From a virus: 64,000 bases of DNA. The position numbers were made by a program, and so were the translations under genes. Positions 1 through 10,288 of the stretch are shown here, piece by piece. The notes beneath the pieces were generated by a model. It saw only the letters and a program-made list of their open reading frames with translations, had not been told where the DNA came from and made no database searches. How positions within the stretch are numbered: position 1 is the first letter of the stretch; the number at the start of each line of letters is the position of its first letter. The stretch covers positions 1 through 64,000 of IMG/VR virus record IMGVR_UViG_3300045256_000653, one strand, 5' to 3'.

Positions 1-784
1 CGGCGCAGCGGCAGCCACCGCACAGGTGTCGGTCTCGAACATTGCCGTTGGCGCGAACGGATCGATCTCGTACCTGACAACGGTCGTCCCTCCTCCGGCG
101 CCGGCACCCACGCCGCCCAATCCCCCGCCCGCCCCGCCGTCGCCCAATCCTCCCCCGCCCGTTCCCCCGGCACCTCCGTCGCCGCCGCCCGCTCCTCCGA
201 AGCTGGTTCGCGCGAGCCGCCTCTTCGAGTATTACGGCACGCGAAAGATCGAGGGCACGGTTTCGGAGGACTCCGGCGCCACGATTCGTGACGCGATCAA
301 GTGCGGCGTCACCTACGGCGTCGCGGATGAAACGCTGTGGCCGTACGACATCGCGAAGTTCACCACCAACCCGCCGCAAACGGTTTGGCAGGCGGGTGCC
401 GCGCACAAGGTCACGAGCTACCACGCCATCTCGGACGGCGACCTCCAATCGATGAAGTCGGTTCTCGCAAGCGGCTTCCTCGTTGGCTTCGGCTTCCAGG
501 TCTACGACTACATGATGAGCGCCCAGATGGAGACGACGGGCCTTCTGCCTCTCCCGGATCCGAGCGAGCAGCTCCAGGGCGGCCATGCCGTCGCGCTCGT
601 CGGCTACGACGACAACAAGCAGATCAAGCGCGCGAACGGAACGGTTTCGACCGGCGCCTTCCTCGTCCGCAACTCGTGGGGCACGAGCTGGGGCATCCAG
701 GGCTACTTCTGGATGGCCTACGATTACGTGGGCAACACGCAGCTCGCATCGGACTTCTGGGTCGTTCAGTCGGCTCCGATCTGA
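1..784 (+). CDS. Papain-like (C1A) cysteine protease, 5'-truncated, with Pro-rich insert
   Basis: GGHAVALVGY and VRNSWG..WG..GYFWM motifs. The frame is open to the window edge, so the catalytic Cys lies upstream. Confidence 0.85.
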   Translation, partial: GAAAATAQVSVSNIAVGANGSISYLTTVVPPPAPAPTPPNPPPAPPSPNPPPPVPPAPPSPPPAPPKLVRASRLFEYYGTRKIEGTVSEDSGATIRDAIKCGVTYGVADETLWPYDIAKFTTNPPQTVWQAGAAHKVTSYHAISDGDLQSMKSVLASGFLVGFGFQVYDYMMSAQMETTGLLPLPDPSEQLQGGHAVALVGYDDNKQIKRANGTVSTGAFLVRNSWGTSWGIQGYFWMAYDYVGNTQLASDFWVVQSAPI

Positions 785-802
785 GCGGTGTAAGCCGCCC
801 AG

Positions 803-1243
803 GTGGCTGACGAACATACCGCGCTTCCCATTCGGGTTCCATCGCTGGTCCATCTCACGGACCAGGAGCTGAGCGATCTTCGCTCGAAGCTCACTTACCA
901 GTCTCGGGAAGCGCGGCGTCGAGCCACGCAAGCAATCGGGAAATCGTCGTCGCTTCAGAAGCTGTTCAACAAGACGTTGAACCTGACGAAGGACACGAAG
1001 ATCGAAGAGCGCGAAAACGTGATGGCGATGTTCGAGAAGGAATTGCTCCGCGTGCCGGACGCCTTCATCGCCCACGCGTACGCCAACTCGCTCATCCTCC
1101 TCGACGTCGCTTGTCGGGACGAACTACTTCGTCGAAAGGGGCCGCCACCAAAAAAGAAGAAAGCGACCGACACAACGCCGCCGGCGAAGACGGAAGGCAG
1201 TTCGGACATCATGTCGATCGTGGACGCTCTCTCGGAGGATTGA
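803..1243 (+). CDS. Hypothetical protein
   Basis: GTG start 10 nt after CGGTGTA. Its stop overlaps the tdk start (TGATG). Confidence 0.65.
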   Translation: MADEHTALPIRVPSLVHLTDQELSDLRSKLTYQSREARRRATQAIGKSSSLQKLFNKTLNLTKDTKIEERENVMAMFEKELLRVPDAFIAHAYANSLILLDVACRDELLRRKGPPPKKKKATDTTPPAKTEGSSDIMSIVDALSED

Positions 1244-1779
1244 TGATCGGTACGCTCACAGTGTTCTGCGGTCCGATGTTCAGCGGCAAGACCGAAAGTC
1301 TCATCACGAAGCTCAGGACGTTCGTCAGCCAGGGCACGACAGTTTCGGCAATCAAACCGATCATCGACAACCGCTACCCGACCGGCGATGTCAACATCAT
1401 CTCCCACACGGGTAAGACGTTCCCGGCTCGTGCGATCGAGGACGACCCCCAAATACTGTCAGCGTTCTGTAAGGGGGAAATCATCGGCATCGATGAGGTC
1501 CAATTCTTTGGCCCATGGATCCTCGGCGCCATTCAGGAACTCCAGTTGCAGGGCAAGCACGTTGTCGCCTCAGGTCTGGATCTCACCTACAAGGGGGAGC
1601 CCTTCGGGATGATGCCCGAGCTACTCTGCTTTGCAGATGAGGTGCGGAAACTCCGTGCGAAATGCGCGAAATGCGGGTGTGTCGCGACTCGAACGGTCCG
1701 CACGGCCAGCGAGGACACGCCGACCCTCGTAGGCGGAGCCGAAGCGTACGAGCCGCGTTGCTTCGCGCATTTTGGGTAA
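1243..1779 (+). CDS. tdk: Thymidine kinase
   Basis: GPMFSGKT P-loop, IDEVQF, C-terminal CxxC and YEPRC. Confidence 0.93.
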   Translation: MIGTLTVFCGPMFSGKTESLITKLRTFVSQGTTVSAIKPIIDNRYPTGDVNIISHTGKTFPARAIEDDPQILSAFCKGEIIGIDEVQFFGPWILGAIQELQLQGKHVVASGLDLTYKGEPFGMMPELLCFADEVRKLRAKCAKCGCVATRTVRTASEDTPTLVGGAEAYEPRCFAHFG

Positions 1780-1817
1780 GCTTTTATGGTCCGCCATGAT
1801 TGCGCAAAAGGCGCACC

Positions 1818-2381
1818 ATGGCCGACTCGTCCTCCCTTCTCCAAAGCATCATCTCCGGAGTGATCTCCGGTGGAGGCAGCGCCACGACCGCCGTGCTGGC
1901 AGTCTTCCGCGACATCAAGAAGCGACTCAAGGCGCTGGAAGAGAAGCTCGGAAATGACGGGTCGAACGGATCCCCCAAGACGGGAATGTTCGCAGCCATC
2001 GAACGGCTCGAAGAACTCACCCGCAAGATGAAGAAGGACTTGAGCCAGTGGGAGGAAGACCCTCCCGAGTGGCTCGTTCGCATGGTGAACCGGGCCGCCC
2101 GCTCGACCTCGGTGAACATGGAGCAGTTCGGTGAGATCGAACGTCTCATCGAGCAACGCGCTCGTACGACCAACGCTAGCCTTGCCCGACTCGAATCGAT
2201 GATCGAATCGCTGGAGAAGCGCCTCGACAACTACATCGAGAAGGCCGAGTACGAGAGCGATGCACGGGAACGCTCCGAGGAGCTGAGCAAGCTGCGCGAG
2301 CACCTCGCCAGCGCCAACGGACTTCTGCGTGGGATCATGACGGCGATGGGTTACGTCGATCCGTCCAAAAAGAGACCGTGA
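1818..2381 (+). CDS. Coiled-coil protein with hydrophobic N-terminus
   Basis: Gly/Ala-rich hydrophobic N-terminus followed by heptad-rich helices. Confidence 0.65.
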   Translation: MADSSSLLQSIISGVISGGGSATTAVLAVFRDIKKRLKALEEKLGNDGSNGSPKTGMFAAIERLEELTRKMKKDLSQWEEDPPEWLVRMVNRAARSTSVNMEQFGEIERLIEQRARTTNASLARLESMIESLEKRLDNYIEKAEYESDARERSEELSKLREHLASANGLLRGIMTAMGYVDPSKKRP

Positions 2382-2399
2382 GGGGGTTGCGGGTTCGCC

Positions 2400-2594
2400 A
2401 TGAAAGAAGTCGATTCGATTCGTGCGGCAGCGGCGGAGGCAGCGGAGACGGTGGTGTTGACCCGGGAGTTCTATTCGTGCGTCGTCAAGGACAATCGCAC
2501 GGCTTCCGGTCAATTCCGAGCGGTCAAAGCGCCTCCTGTACCCTTCGTGGCCATGACCCTCGAAGAAGCCGACAAGCCCGGCAGCGGTTTTTGA
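2400..2594 (+). CDS. Small hypothetical protein
   Basis: Fills the gap in a co-directional gene run. Confidence 0.4.
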   Translation: MKEVDSIRAAAAEAAETVVLTREFYSCVVKDNRTASGQFRAVKAPPVPFVAMTLEEADKPGSGF

Positions 2595-2622
2595 TCGTCG
2601 GCCCCGCCCCTGTATAGGGGGC

Positions 2623-2973
2623 ATGAAGCCCGCGATCGTTCTGGCAGCCCTCCTCGGAATCATTGGGTTTTCCTCGGTTGCGTCCGCCGACCCCCTGGCG
2701 TGCGACGTCGGGGACAAGCAGGTGGGCCCGAACTGCGTGCACGTCCAATCGGTCGCCTACTACTGGGGCACCACGTACGGCGGAATGACCTTCGCCTCGA
2801 TGGTGTATCGCCCGAGCGGCAACACCAAGACCGTTGTTTGGTCGGGCCGTGGCGTCATCCGCTACGCCGACCAAGAGATCTTGGGGGTCCAGCAACTCTA
2901 CTTCCCAAAAACGGGAGGAAGCTGGCAAAATACGGTGATGTTTCGATGGGATGGCTCTAAGTACAGTGGTTGA
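2623..2973 (+). CDS. Secreted hypothetical protein
   Basis: Signal peptide MKPAIVLAALLGIIGFSSVASA-D. Confidence 0.7.
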   Translation: MKPAIVLAALLGIIGFSSVASADPLACDVGDKQVGPNCVHVQSVAYYWGTTYGGMTFASMVYRPSGNTKTVVWSGRGVIRYADQEILGVQQLYFPKTGGSWQNTVMFRWDGSKYSG

Positions 2974-3448
2974 AGCAAGTGAGATCGTGGCCGGGCACCT
3001 CTATCAGGGGAGCGTCCCGCCTATTGGGAATCATCTGAAGGATGCCGGCTTTACCCACGTCGTCTTGTGTGCCGAAGAGTGGCAGCCACCGAATTATGTT
3101 CGGCCGGACATCCTCGCGCCCATGGGCTACGTCGCGAACACCGATCCCTACCCGGGCGTGACGATCCTTCACTCGCCGAACGACGACGACTACGACATCC
3201 CACCGTCCCGGATACAGCTCGCCTTGGCCATCAAGACGGCCAAGGCCGTCGCCGACGCAGTTCTCTCGGGAGGTAAGGTGCTCGTCACCTGTTGGGCCGG
3301 CCGGAACCGCTCAGGGCTCGTCTCGGCGCTTGCGCTGCACAAGATCACGGGCGCCTCTGGGGAGGCGTGCATCTCGTTCGTCCAGAAGGCTCGTTCACGG
3401 GCTCTGACAAATCCCCAGTTCGTGGAAGCGCTTGGTCGCATTCGCTAG
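2951..3448 (+). CDS. Dual-specificity / tyrosine phosphatase family protein
   Basis: VLVTCWAGRNRS is a Cx5R motif, with C-terminal ALTNPQF. Confidence 0.85.
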   Translation: MALSTVVEASEIVAGHLYQGSVPPIGNHLKDAGFTHVVLCAEEWQPPNYVRPDILAPMGYVANTDPYPGVTILHSPNDDDYDIPPSRIQLALAIKTAKAVADAVLSGGKVLVTCWAGRNRSGLVSALALHKITGASGEACISFVQKARSRALTNPQFVEALGRIR

Positions 3449-3531
3449 GTGTAGGCCGGTGGCCTGACGGTGGCCCGAGATGCCCGTTTTAGGGTGGCAC
3501 AAGGTCACCACGCGGTCACCGCAAAGGACTT

Positions 3532-4140
3532 GTGGACATGACAGAGACCGTCATGCAGGTTGTTCTCCCTCGACGGGTCGTCCCGCAGCCGACCCCGAAC
3601 CTCTATCCCGGTGGAGATTGTGGCCCGTGCGTGCTCGCGGGCGTCCTCGGGAAGACGGTGCAAGAGGTCTACGACACATTCTCAAAGGGGCAGTACAAGT
3701 CCTTCCACTTCTCCGAGATGTGCGGCGCTCTGCACTCGGCCGAATGTTACGGCATGATCGATCGGGTTGTGACCGACATCCCGATTTGGCCCTGGGCAGG
3801 ATCGGCAGCGGCTTTCTGTTCTTGGGGGATCCCGAGTCCCCTCCAGAGCCTTGCGTGGTTCCATTATCTCACGATGGCGATGGATGCCGGCTACTACGGC
3901 TTCGCAATGGTGGACACGAAGAAGGGCGGTGCACATGGAGAGGGCACCAACCACTGGGTGCTTCTCGTGGGCGTGCGAGAGCTACGCATTCCGATCGACG
4001 AGCGAAGTGCGCGTATCAGCACCGAGGTCCTTGTCTCGTGTTCTTCACGTTCGACACCAGATGAGGAGTGGGTTGAAGCAAGCACGTTCCTAAAAGAGCG
4101 TGGCGGTTTCAATCTCCTGCTCGCACGTCCGGCGCCTTAG
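3532..4140 (+). CDS. Papain-fold (C39-like) peptidase/transferase
   Basis: Q..N...GDCGPC near the N-terminus and NHWVLLVG further on. Confidence 0.55.
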   Translation: MDMTETVMQVVLPRRVVPQPTPNLYPGGDCGPCVLAGVLGKTVQEVYDTFSKGQYKSFHFSEMCGALHSAECYGMIDRVVTDIPIWPWAGSAAAFCSWGIPSPLQSLAWFHYLTMAMDAGYYGFAMVDTKKGGAHGEGTNHWVLLVGVRELRIPIDERSARISTEVLVSCSSRSTPDEEWVEASTFLKERGGFNLLLARPAP

Positions 4141-4340
4141 GTCTTCTTCCGCTTCTTGGGCTTGTACCCGAGCGTGCCATAAGCCGGCGTGACCTTCCGC
4201 ACCTCGACGTCCCATACGGGGATGTCGTGCTTGCAGTAGAAGCACATGTACGGCTCGGTCGGCCGGCGATCGTAAAGATACCACCACCAGCCGCAGGTGT
4301 GGCACTGTACGACAGCGAGGGGATCGACTTCTCCCATCAC
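4137..4340 (-). CDS. Small Zn-finger protein
   Basis: CHTC...CFYC with a basic tail. Confidence 0.55.
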   Translation of the reverse strand: MMGEVDPLAVVQCHTCGWWWYLYDRRPTEPYMCFYCKHDIPVWDVEVRKVTPAYGTLGYKPKKRKKT

Positions 4341-4361
4341 GGTGGGAGAGCTATCGCAAGA

Positions 4362-4991
4362 CTAGCCGTTGAGCGGTTCTCGCGGTGCCCGATCGCGGGC
4401 TCGTTTGATGGCCTCGCGAAGCTCGTTGCGATGCGCACACCCACCCGGATGCGAAACGCCTTCGTACCGGAAAACATTCGGGTGTTCCTGATCCCCACCC
4501 TTCGCGAAGCCGATGTTCCACGGATGCGCGAGACAGATCACGAGGCCGCGCGGTCGGTGCTTGAGCCAGGACAGGAAGTACGGAGGGAAGTCGTCGAAGA
4601 GGATGCGTCCGTACGTGAGGGACTTCTCTCCGGTGACGTGCACAGTGGCATCTGAGAGGTACTGCATGCACCATTCGAGCTTTTCGCCCCACGCGGTCGG
4701 ATTCTTCTGAGGGCCCTTCGTGAGCACGTGCAGAGCGAACTCTGCATTCCGAAGATCGTCGATCACCTCGAAGCCGGAGGGAAGAGGTCGAAGATTTTTC
4801 CAGAAGCCCGGGACGCGTTGAACGAGTTTGCGTCGAGCCTCGATGTAGGGAGGTTCGACACCTCCCGTGTAGCGGTCGTTGTAGGGAGGCTCGTTTGGAG
4901 CCTGGATGGCGCGCATCGCATCTTGCAGCGCCGTGTCGTAGTCTGCCACTGTCCCATCGAGGTCGATGAGTGCCACACGATCTTCGGTCAT
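4362..4991 (-). CDS. HAD-family 5'(3')-deoxyribonucleotidase (NT5C-like)
   Basis: DLDGTVAD, LTKGP, EK..W, LFDD and PWN motifs. Confidence 0.85.
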   Translation of the reverse strand: MTEDRVALIDLDGTVADYDTALQDAMRAIQAPNEPPYNDRYTGGVEPPYIEARRKLVQRVPGFWKNLRPLPSGFEVIDDLRNAEFALHVLTKGPQKNPTAWGEKLEWCMQYLSDATVHVTGEKSLTYGRILFDDFPPYFLSWLKHRPRGLVICLAHPWNIGFAKGGDQEHPNVFRYEGVSHPGGCAHRNELREAIKRARDRAPREPLNG

Positions 4992-5000
4992 GATCTAGAT

Positions 5001-5017
5001 TACACCGCGCCGGTGTA
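5001..5017. promoter_or_regulatory. Back-to-back CGGTGTA promoter motifs
   Basis: TACACCG-CGC-CGGTGTA, each motif 9 nt from the ATG of a divergent gene. Confidence 0.65.
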
Positions 5018-5026
5018 GGGCCGTCC

Positions 5027-5530
5027 ATGTTCATCACGGCCGATCAGCTTGTCGCGCACGCCTTCGGCGATTACGTCCTTCAAAGCGATTGGATGGCGTC
5101 CGAGAAGACCAAGAAGTCGTTGGCGGCACTCGCCCACGTGAGCACGTACTTCCTGCCGTTTCTCTTCCTGACGACCTCTTGGAAGGCGCTTCTCTTCATC
5201 GCCGGGACGCACTTCGTGATCGATCGCTGGCGCTTGGCTCGTTACGTCTGTTGGGTGAAGAACTTCCTCGCGCCCCGCTGGGTCCCCATCTGGGCGTGCA
5301 GCAACTGCCTCAATGTCGAGACGAAGGAGCGGGAGATCGTCTGCTGGAAGTGCCACGGAAAGGGCGAGATGATCTATACGAAGAAGGTGCAGAACCCGCC
5401 GTGGGCCTTGTGCTCCGGGACCGGTTACTCTCCCGATCGTCCCCCGTGGCTCGCGACATGGCTGCTCATTATCACAGACAACCTCCTCCATGTTGTCTGC
5501 AACGCCATCGCCCTCACGTACCTGTCTTGA
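5027..5530 (+). CDS. DUF3307-like membrane protein with Zn-ribbon insertion
   Basis: HAFGDYVLQ, THFVIDR and DNLLH motifs, with a CSNC/CWKC insert. Confidence 0.75.
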   Translation: MFITADQLVAHAFGDYVLQSDWMASEKTKKSLAALAHVSTYFLPFLFLTTSWKALLFIAGTHFVIDRWRLARYVCWVKNFLAPRWVPIWACSNCLNVETKEREIVCWKCHGKGEMIYTKKVQNPPWALCSGTGYSPDRPPWLATWLLIITDNLLHVVCNAIALTYLS

Positions 5531-5684
5531 TCTCGTTCGCCGGCCAGTCGGGCGTGTAGGGCTCTTGGGGAGGGTCGATCCCTCTCTGCCATCGACTGAA
5601 CATCTCATCGATCTGCGGGTCAGGGGCGTCCTTCGGAAGCCACTTCACCCACTGATTGAGTCTATCAGCCGCTTGCGAATCCAT
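5514..5684 (-). CDS. Small hypothetical protein
   Basis: ATG at 5684 with plausible composition. Confidence 0.45.
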   Translation of the reverse strand: MDSQAADRLNQWVKWLPKDAPDPQIDEMFSRWQRGIDPPQEPYTPDWPANEIKTGT

Positions 5685-5899
5685 GGCTAGAACACCTAGC
5701 AGGACGGATCGACGTGTCAATCCTTTGGATCGTACGCGAGAAGGAAGTCCGAGAAGGTGTCGCACCACTCGCCGGTGCTCAGCGTCTCTGGATACCCATG
5801 GGGTCTTGCTCGTGCCGCTCGGCATACCACAAAGCGAACTTGGCGAGGAGGTCCTCTCGACGGGCGAACGCTTGAAACTCCGTGATGCTTAGGTCCATG

Positions 5900-6520
5900 T
5901 CAGCTCTCCACCAGCTTTTGGCCTTCGACTGCTCCATGGATTGCGATCACGCGATCGATCCACGTCTGGGTCTTTGCTTTGGCCCGAATGATTTCTTTCC
6001 TTGTCCCGAGCTTTGCAACTACACCCTCAGAAGTGACCCCTTCGATCTGCCCCTGGCGTACGAGGTCGATGTAGCCTCGGGTCCAGTTCACACGGCCGAG
6101 GAAGCGGGCCGTGGGCACCTTGTCTTCGAAGAGCTTCCGGAATTCGTTCGGCGGCAGGATCTCGTCTCCTACGGCGACGTCGAACAGCGTGACGAACTTG
6201 GGGTCGTCGGGCTCGTGAAAGCCGGCGAGGCTCTTCTCGCCCCAGAACTCGTAAAACGCCACGAGCTGATCGAGTCTCTCATCTCGCGCAATCTTGGCTA
6301 GGGGTTCCGCCAGCACTTCCTCGAACAGCTTCGGTGCGATGGCGCAGTAGGGATTGGTGTCGTCCACGAGCGTGTGGCGCTTGCCATGCTTGTACCACCC
6401 GCGCTTTCGGTTCCATTCCGACCGCATCGAGTTTCCGTCGAGCTTGTCGAACACGTAGGCGTTCGGGATCTCGCGGAAGGCTTGGCCCATGGCCCGTGGA
6501 ATAGAGGGGTACTCTTTCAA
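5900..6520 (-). CDS. ATP-dependent RNA ligase (stand-alone nucleotidyltransferase domain)
   Basis: N-terminal YPSI, motif I DKLDG, FYEFWG, LFDV, EGVV and AKAK. Confidence 0.8.
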   Translation of the reverse strand: MKEYPSIPRAMGQAFREIPNAYVFDKLDGNSMRSEWNRKRGWYKHGKRHTLVDDTNPYCAIAPKLFEEVLAEPLAKIARDERLDQLVAFYEFWGEKSLAGFHEPDDPKFVTLFDVAVGDEILPPNEFRKLFEDKVPTARFLGRVNWTRGYIDLVRQGQIEGVTSEGVVAKLGTRKEIIRAKAKTQTWIDRVIAIHGAVEGQKLVES

Positions 6521-9500
6521 TCGGCGCCGTCCGTGAGCATTTTCCAGAGCTGCTTTCCGATCGACATCCCAGCAAGGTACTCGTCCTCACTGACGCCGGC
6601 GGCTTGAAGCGCGGACTCGGGGTCCAGACCATCGGTCGAAATGCTAACCGCGACCTTCTTCATGAGCAGATCGTAGAGTTGCTGCTGAAGCGTGTCCTTG
6701 TAGACCGGGAAGTGAATTTTGCTAGGCAACGTTTGACCGATGCGATCGACGCGTCCGATTGCCTGCCGGAAGATGATGGGGTTGCAGGCCGGATTCTCCA
6801 TCCAGATTTCTGACGCGAAGTGAACGAGGTTGTTGAGACCCGTTTGGATGGCCACTGGATTGGTCACGAGCACGCGCCTGTTCGGACGAACGACTTCCCG
6901 ATCGATCCAATCCTGACGCTTGCCCGTAGAAACCTTGTCCGCATAAAGGATCGGGACCGCCACATTTGTGTGTTGCGAGATGAGCCGAGCAAGGCGCGGC
7001 AAGAGCGCAACGTGCCAGCAGAACACCATCACGTTGCGGCCCTCAGCAAGCTCTTTCTCGACGAGAGACAGCATCCATTCCTCTTTCGGAAGGATCGTGT
7101 CGAGCGGAAGGCCCGGCTGTACAGCGACTAGTTGGCTTCCAACAGACTCCGGGTACCGAATCTCGTAATCGCCGCCCTCGACGTTGCCAACATCGCACGT
7201 CGCACGGTCGAGGTAGCTGGGAAGCTCCGCGAGCTGACCCCAGAGTCGGCCGGCAAGATCCGGCTGGAATTGGTCTTTGCGGATCTGGGCCACAAGGGCG
7301 TCTTGCAGCTTGCGGAAGCGGCTCCTCAATTCATCGTCGGCTTCGATCGCATGCGTGAATTGCGAGCAGGGAGGAAGGTCGATCGCGAGATCGGTCTTGT
7401 GGAGGGTGACCGCGAACGGGAGAAGATGACGCAGGAGGAACAGCGGTAGGACGCCAGGGGCGTTGCCGATGACGCGCTCCGAACGGGTCACGCGATCGGA
7501 CATCGAGCCGAACTCGACGACCTCGCCCGTTTCCTTGTCCTTGTCCTCGACGACACGCTTACGGTAGCCGTATCGATCGATGAACTTCTGGCGCTCGTCG
7601 CGCTCGAATTCGAGTCGGAACTCCGGCGACAGCGCCCACATGTTCGTAAAGAGGCTTTCCGCGTAGCCGTTCATGATCGAACCGGTCATGAGCACGGTCG
7701 GAATTCCAAGGGACGTGAGACGGTGGGCCGATCGTTCTTGGGCGGAGCCATCCGTTGCGTACTCGTGGCCTTCATCGAGCACGAGGAAGTCGAAAAGGTC
7801 CGGGTGATACTTCACGATGTGCCGGGCAAGCGCGACACGGCGCGGCTCGGGAATCGCATCGAAGAGGTACTCGCCGCATTCCGGCCCCCAAGAGACCGAT
7901 CCGATCCTCCCGATGCACACCAAGGCGGCAAGGGCAGCCTTCAAGCTGTAGCGGGGGGTGTCGTCGCCGAGCACGAGCTTGCCAGATGCCCACGACGCGG
8001 AGTAAGGACCGATCTTCATTTGCTGGCCGCCCGATTGGATTTGCTCCAAATCGTGAGCGAACGGGGTCCACGGATTGTAGTAGGCGCTCGTCGCGGTTTT
8101 CTTGGCTTCCTGCACGTACGCCGCTTGTCGCGGATCGCCAGGCTTGAGCATCAAGATCAGGTCTTTTTCCAAGTTGGTGCCGTACGAATAATGCTCCTGT
8201 CGGACTTGAAGCGCAGTACGAAGAATGCGCTCGTCATCGCCAGCCGCATGGAGGATCATGACGATCGCTCGCACGTAACGGTCGCGATCTCCGTAGCCTT
8301 CCTTGTAGAGGGCCACCACCTTTTCGAGAATCTCGTCGAGGTCCCCGATGGGAAGGGGAGAGAATTTGGGAACGTCCTTGTCGGCCGCCTTTTTCGCGAG
8401 ACTTTCGAGCATCTTCGTTTGGAATCGATTCCGGAGAAGACCTCCAATGCTCGGATCCGTGGGCGCGTACGGAGCGAGGTGGGTGGCGAGCCGGAAAGCG
8501 GTCCGCGAAAAGTCATCCTTCAAAATCAACGCCTTGTGCTCGCACCGAGCGCGCTTCTTTGCGAGATCAATTTGGGGGGTCGGCATACCGCACTTCGGGC
8601 AGACCGGGCCGCACCCTTCCCAGCCGTGCGTGAGCTTGGCCGTTTCACGGGAGAGGATAGAGACCACGAAATCACTCTTGTCCTCGGAGAGTTGATCCAG
8701 ATCTTCGACCGACGTGAGAACCTTGACCTTCGCGTCCGGCGAAATCGCCGCGATCTCGTTGGTCCACGACTTGAGAAGGTGCGGCGGACAGAGAACGAGC
8801 ATGCGACGAGCGCCAATCGTACGAGCCGTCATCGTTGCGACGGTCGATTTACCCGACCCGATCTCGCCGAGGAGGATTCCAGCCTTGTGCTTTCGCTTGC
8901 GCGCCGTTGCTTTGGGTCCGCCGAGGAGCTTGACCAGCGCTCGAACCGCGTGCGACTGCGCCGTGAAAAGCTGGCGCGGTGATTCGGCGACCGTGATGCT
9001 ATCCGCATCACGACGGGGGTCGTAAAGGATGGGGCACTGGCGCTCCATCACTTGCATCATGCTATCGCCGTAGTGCTTGATGAGATCGGCGACGCCCATT
9101 GACGCGACGTCCTTGGCTTTCGATTCCTCGATGCCCGTGCGAAGCGTATGGTACTTGTGCGTCGAGAGGTCGAGCACCGTCGTGACGAGCTTGGGTTGCT
9201 GCACTTGGACAATCGCTTTGACGCTACCATCCTTTGCGTGACGTTCTTCGACGGTCTTGTACTCGCGATCGAAGACGCCCTTCACGAGTAGCGGCGGGAG
9301 CTTGGTTCGGCGCCCGGACGGTTCGAGACGCGCGCCGTTGAAGAGTCCCGAGGCAATGCCCGCCGCAATGTGAGCCGGGCGCGGGGGCGTAGCGACCGGA
9401 TAGCAGCGAAGAAGCATGTCTTGGACCGGAAGTTCTGGGATGATGCCGTGGACCGGCACGAGGGTGCCGCCACGCGTGGTCTGCATCCAAGGCTTGCACT

Positions 9501-10287
9501 TCTTGAGGATTGTCGTCACGTCCACGGGACGCATGGACCAGTCGGCAACGCCGCCCTGGTAGCTCTTAGCCGTGGCGACTTTTGCGACCGGCTTGGCGCC
9601 GACTTGTGGAAGCTCGGGAACCTTCGAGACGTCTTCTGCCCACGTGCGGACCTTCTCTAGAATCTTGGGGTCCGGGTCGAACAGCGACGGACCGCGACGG
9701 GCGTAGAGAACGATCTGCTTGAACGCGGCGAAGTCTTCTGCCGGGAACCGGAAGCATTTGACGAGATCGAACTCGCGCGCAATGAACTCGGCCGAAGCTT
9801 TGAGTGCGTAGAACGGGACAACGAAGAGGAGCGCCCCTTCGGGCATGATCGCTGGCGTGAAGCGCGCGAGGTACCTTTGCTCAAGTCGGCCATGGACCGG
9901 ATCGGTATCGTACGGCGGGTTGAGAAAGAGAACCGAGACGCCAACCTTGGACTCTCGATTGAAGGTGACCCGGAACGCATCCCCGTGGAGGAAATTGTTC
10001 CCGGTATAGATGTTCATTTCCCGTTGCTTCTGTTGCGCGCCCTCGAACCGAGTCTGTTCCAACTCGCATGCAAAAACGTCAACGCGATTGCTGTCCCCGT
10101 TGAGAATCTTGGCGAGCGTAAAAATCGCCTCGCCATCGCCCGCGCACGGGTCCATGTAGGAGGCGTCGTTCGTTTGCCACTGAGAAAGATCGGGCGCCTT
10201 GGGCTCGAAGAGCGCCGCAATCCTCGGGAGCAAGTGCTTCGGGGTCGGGAAGTAACCGCCGACTGCGACCGATTCCGGACGAGCCAT
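6517..10287 (-). CDS. Adenine MTase (DUF6094-like)-SNF2/SF2 helicase fusion
   Basis: GYFPTP, DPCAGDG and LNPPY (MTase). GEIGSGKS, DEGH, TGS and QAIGRVDRIGQ (helicase). Confidence 0.88.
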   Translation of the reverse strand: MARPESVAVGGYFPTPKHLLPRIAALFEPKAPDLSQWQTNDASYMDPCAGDGEAIFTLAKILNGDSNRVDVFACELEQTRFEGAQQKQREMNIYTGNNFLHGDAFRVTFNRESKVGVSVLFLNPPYDTDPVHGRLEQRYLARFTPAIMPEGALLFVVPFYALKASAEFIAREFDLVKCFRFPAEDFAAFKQIVLYARRGPSLFDPDPKILEKVRTWAEDVSKVPELPQVGAKPVAKVATAKSYQGGVADWSMRPVDVTTILKKCKPWMQTTRGGTLVPVHGIIPELPVQDMLLRCYPVATPPRPAHIAAGIASGLFNGARLEPSGRRTKLPPLLVKGVFDREYKTVEERHAKDGSVKAIVQVQQPKLVTTVLDLSTHKYHTLRTGIEESKAKDVASMGVADLIKHYGDSMMQVMERQCPILYDPRRDADSITVAESPRQLFTAQSHAVRALVKLLGGPKATARKRKHKAGILLGEIGSGKSTVATMTARTIGARRMLVLCPPHLLKSWTNEIAAISPDAKVKVLTSVEDLDQLSEDKSDFVVSILSRETAKLTHGWEGCGPVCPKCGMPTPQIDLAKKRARCEHKALILKDDFSRTAFRLATHLAPYAPTDPSIGGLLRNRFQTKMLESLAKKAADKDVPKFSPLPIGDLDEILEKVVALYKEGYGDRDRYVRAIVMILHAAGDDERILRTALQVRQEHYSYGTNLEKDLILMLKPGDPRQAAYVQEAKKTATSAYYNPWTPFAHDLEQIQSGGQQMKIGPYSASWASGKLVLGDDTPRYSLKAALAALVCIGRIGSVSWGPECGEYLFDAIPEPRRVALARHIVKYHPDLFDFLVLDEGHEYATDGSAQERSAHRLTSLGIPTVLMTGSIMNGYAESLFTNMWALSPEFRLEFERDERQKFIDRYGYRKRVVEDKDKETGEVVEFGSMSDRVTRSERVIGNAPGVLPLFLLRHLLPFAVTLHKTDLAIDLPPCSQFTHAIEADDELRSRFRKLQDALVAQIRKDQFQPDLAGRLWGQLAELPSYLDRATCDVGNVEGGDYEIRYPESVGSQLVAVQPGLPLDTILPKEEWMLSLVEKELAEGRNVMVFCWHVALLPRLARLISQHTNVAVPILYADKVSTGKRQDWIDREVVRPNRRVLVTNPVAIQTGLNNLVHFASEIWMENPACNPIIFRQAIGRVDRIGQTLPSKIHFPVYKDTLQQQLYDLLMKKVAVSISTDGLDPESALQAAGVSEDEYLAGMSIGKQLWKMLTDGAD

Positions 10288-10288
10288 C

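Noticed and set aside
85-200. C-rich repeat or CRISPR-like array
   Set aside because: It encodes a Pro-rich linker. No regularly spaced direct repeats were seen anywhere in the window.
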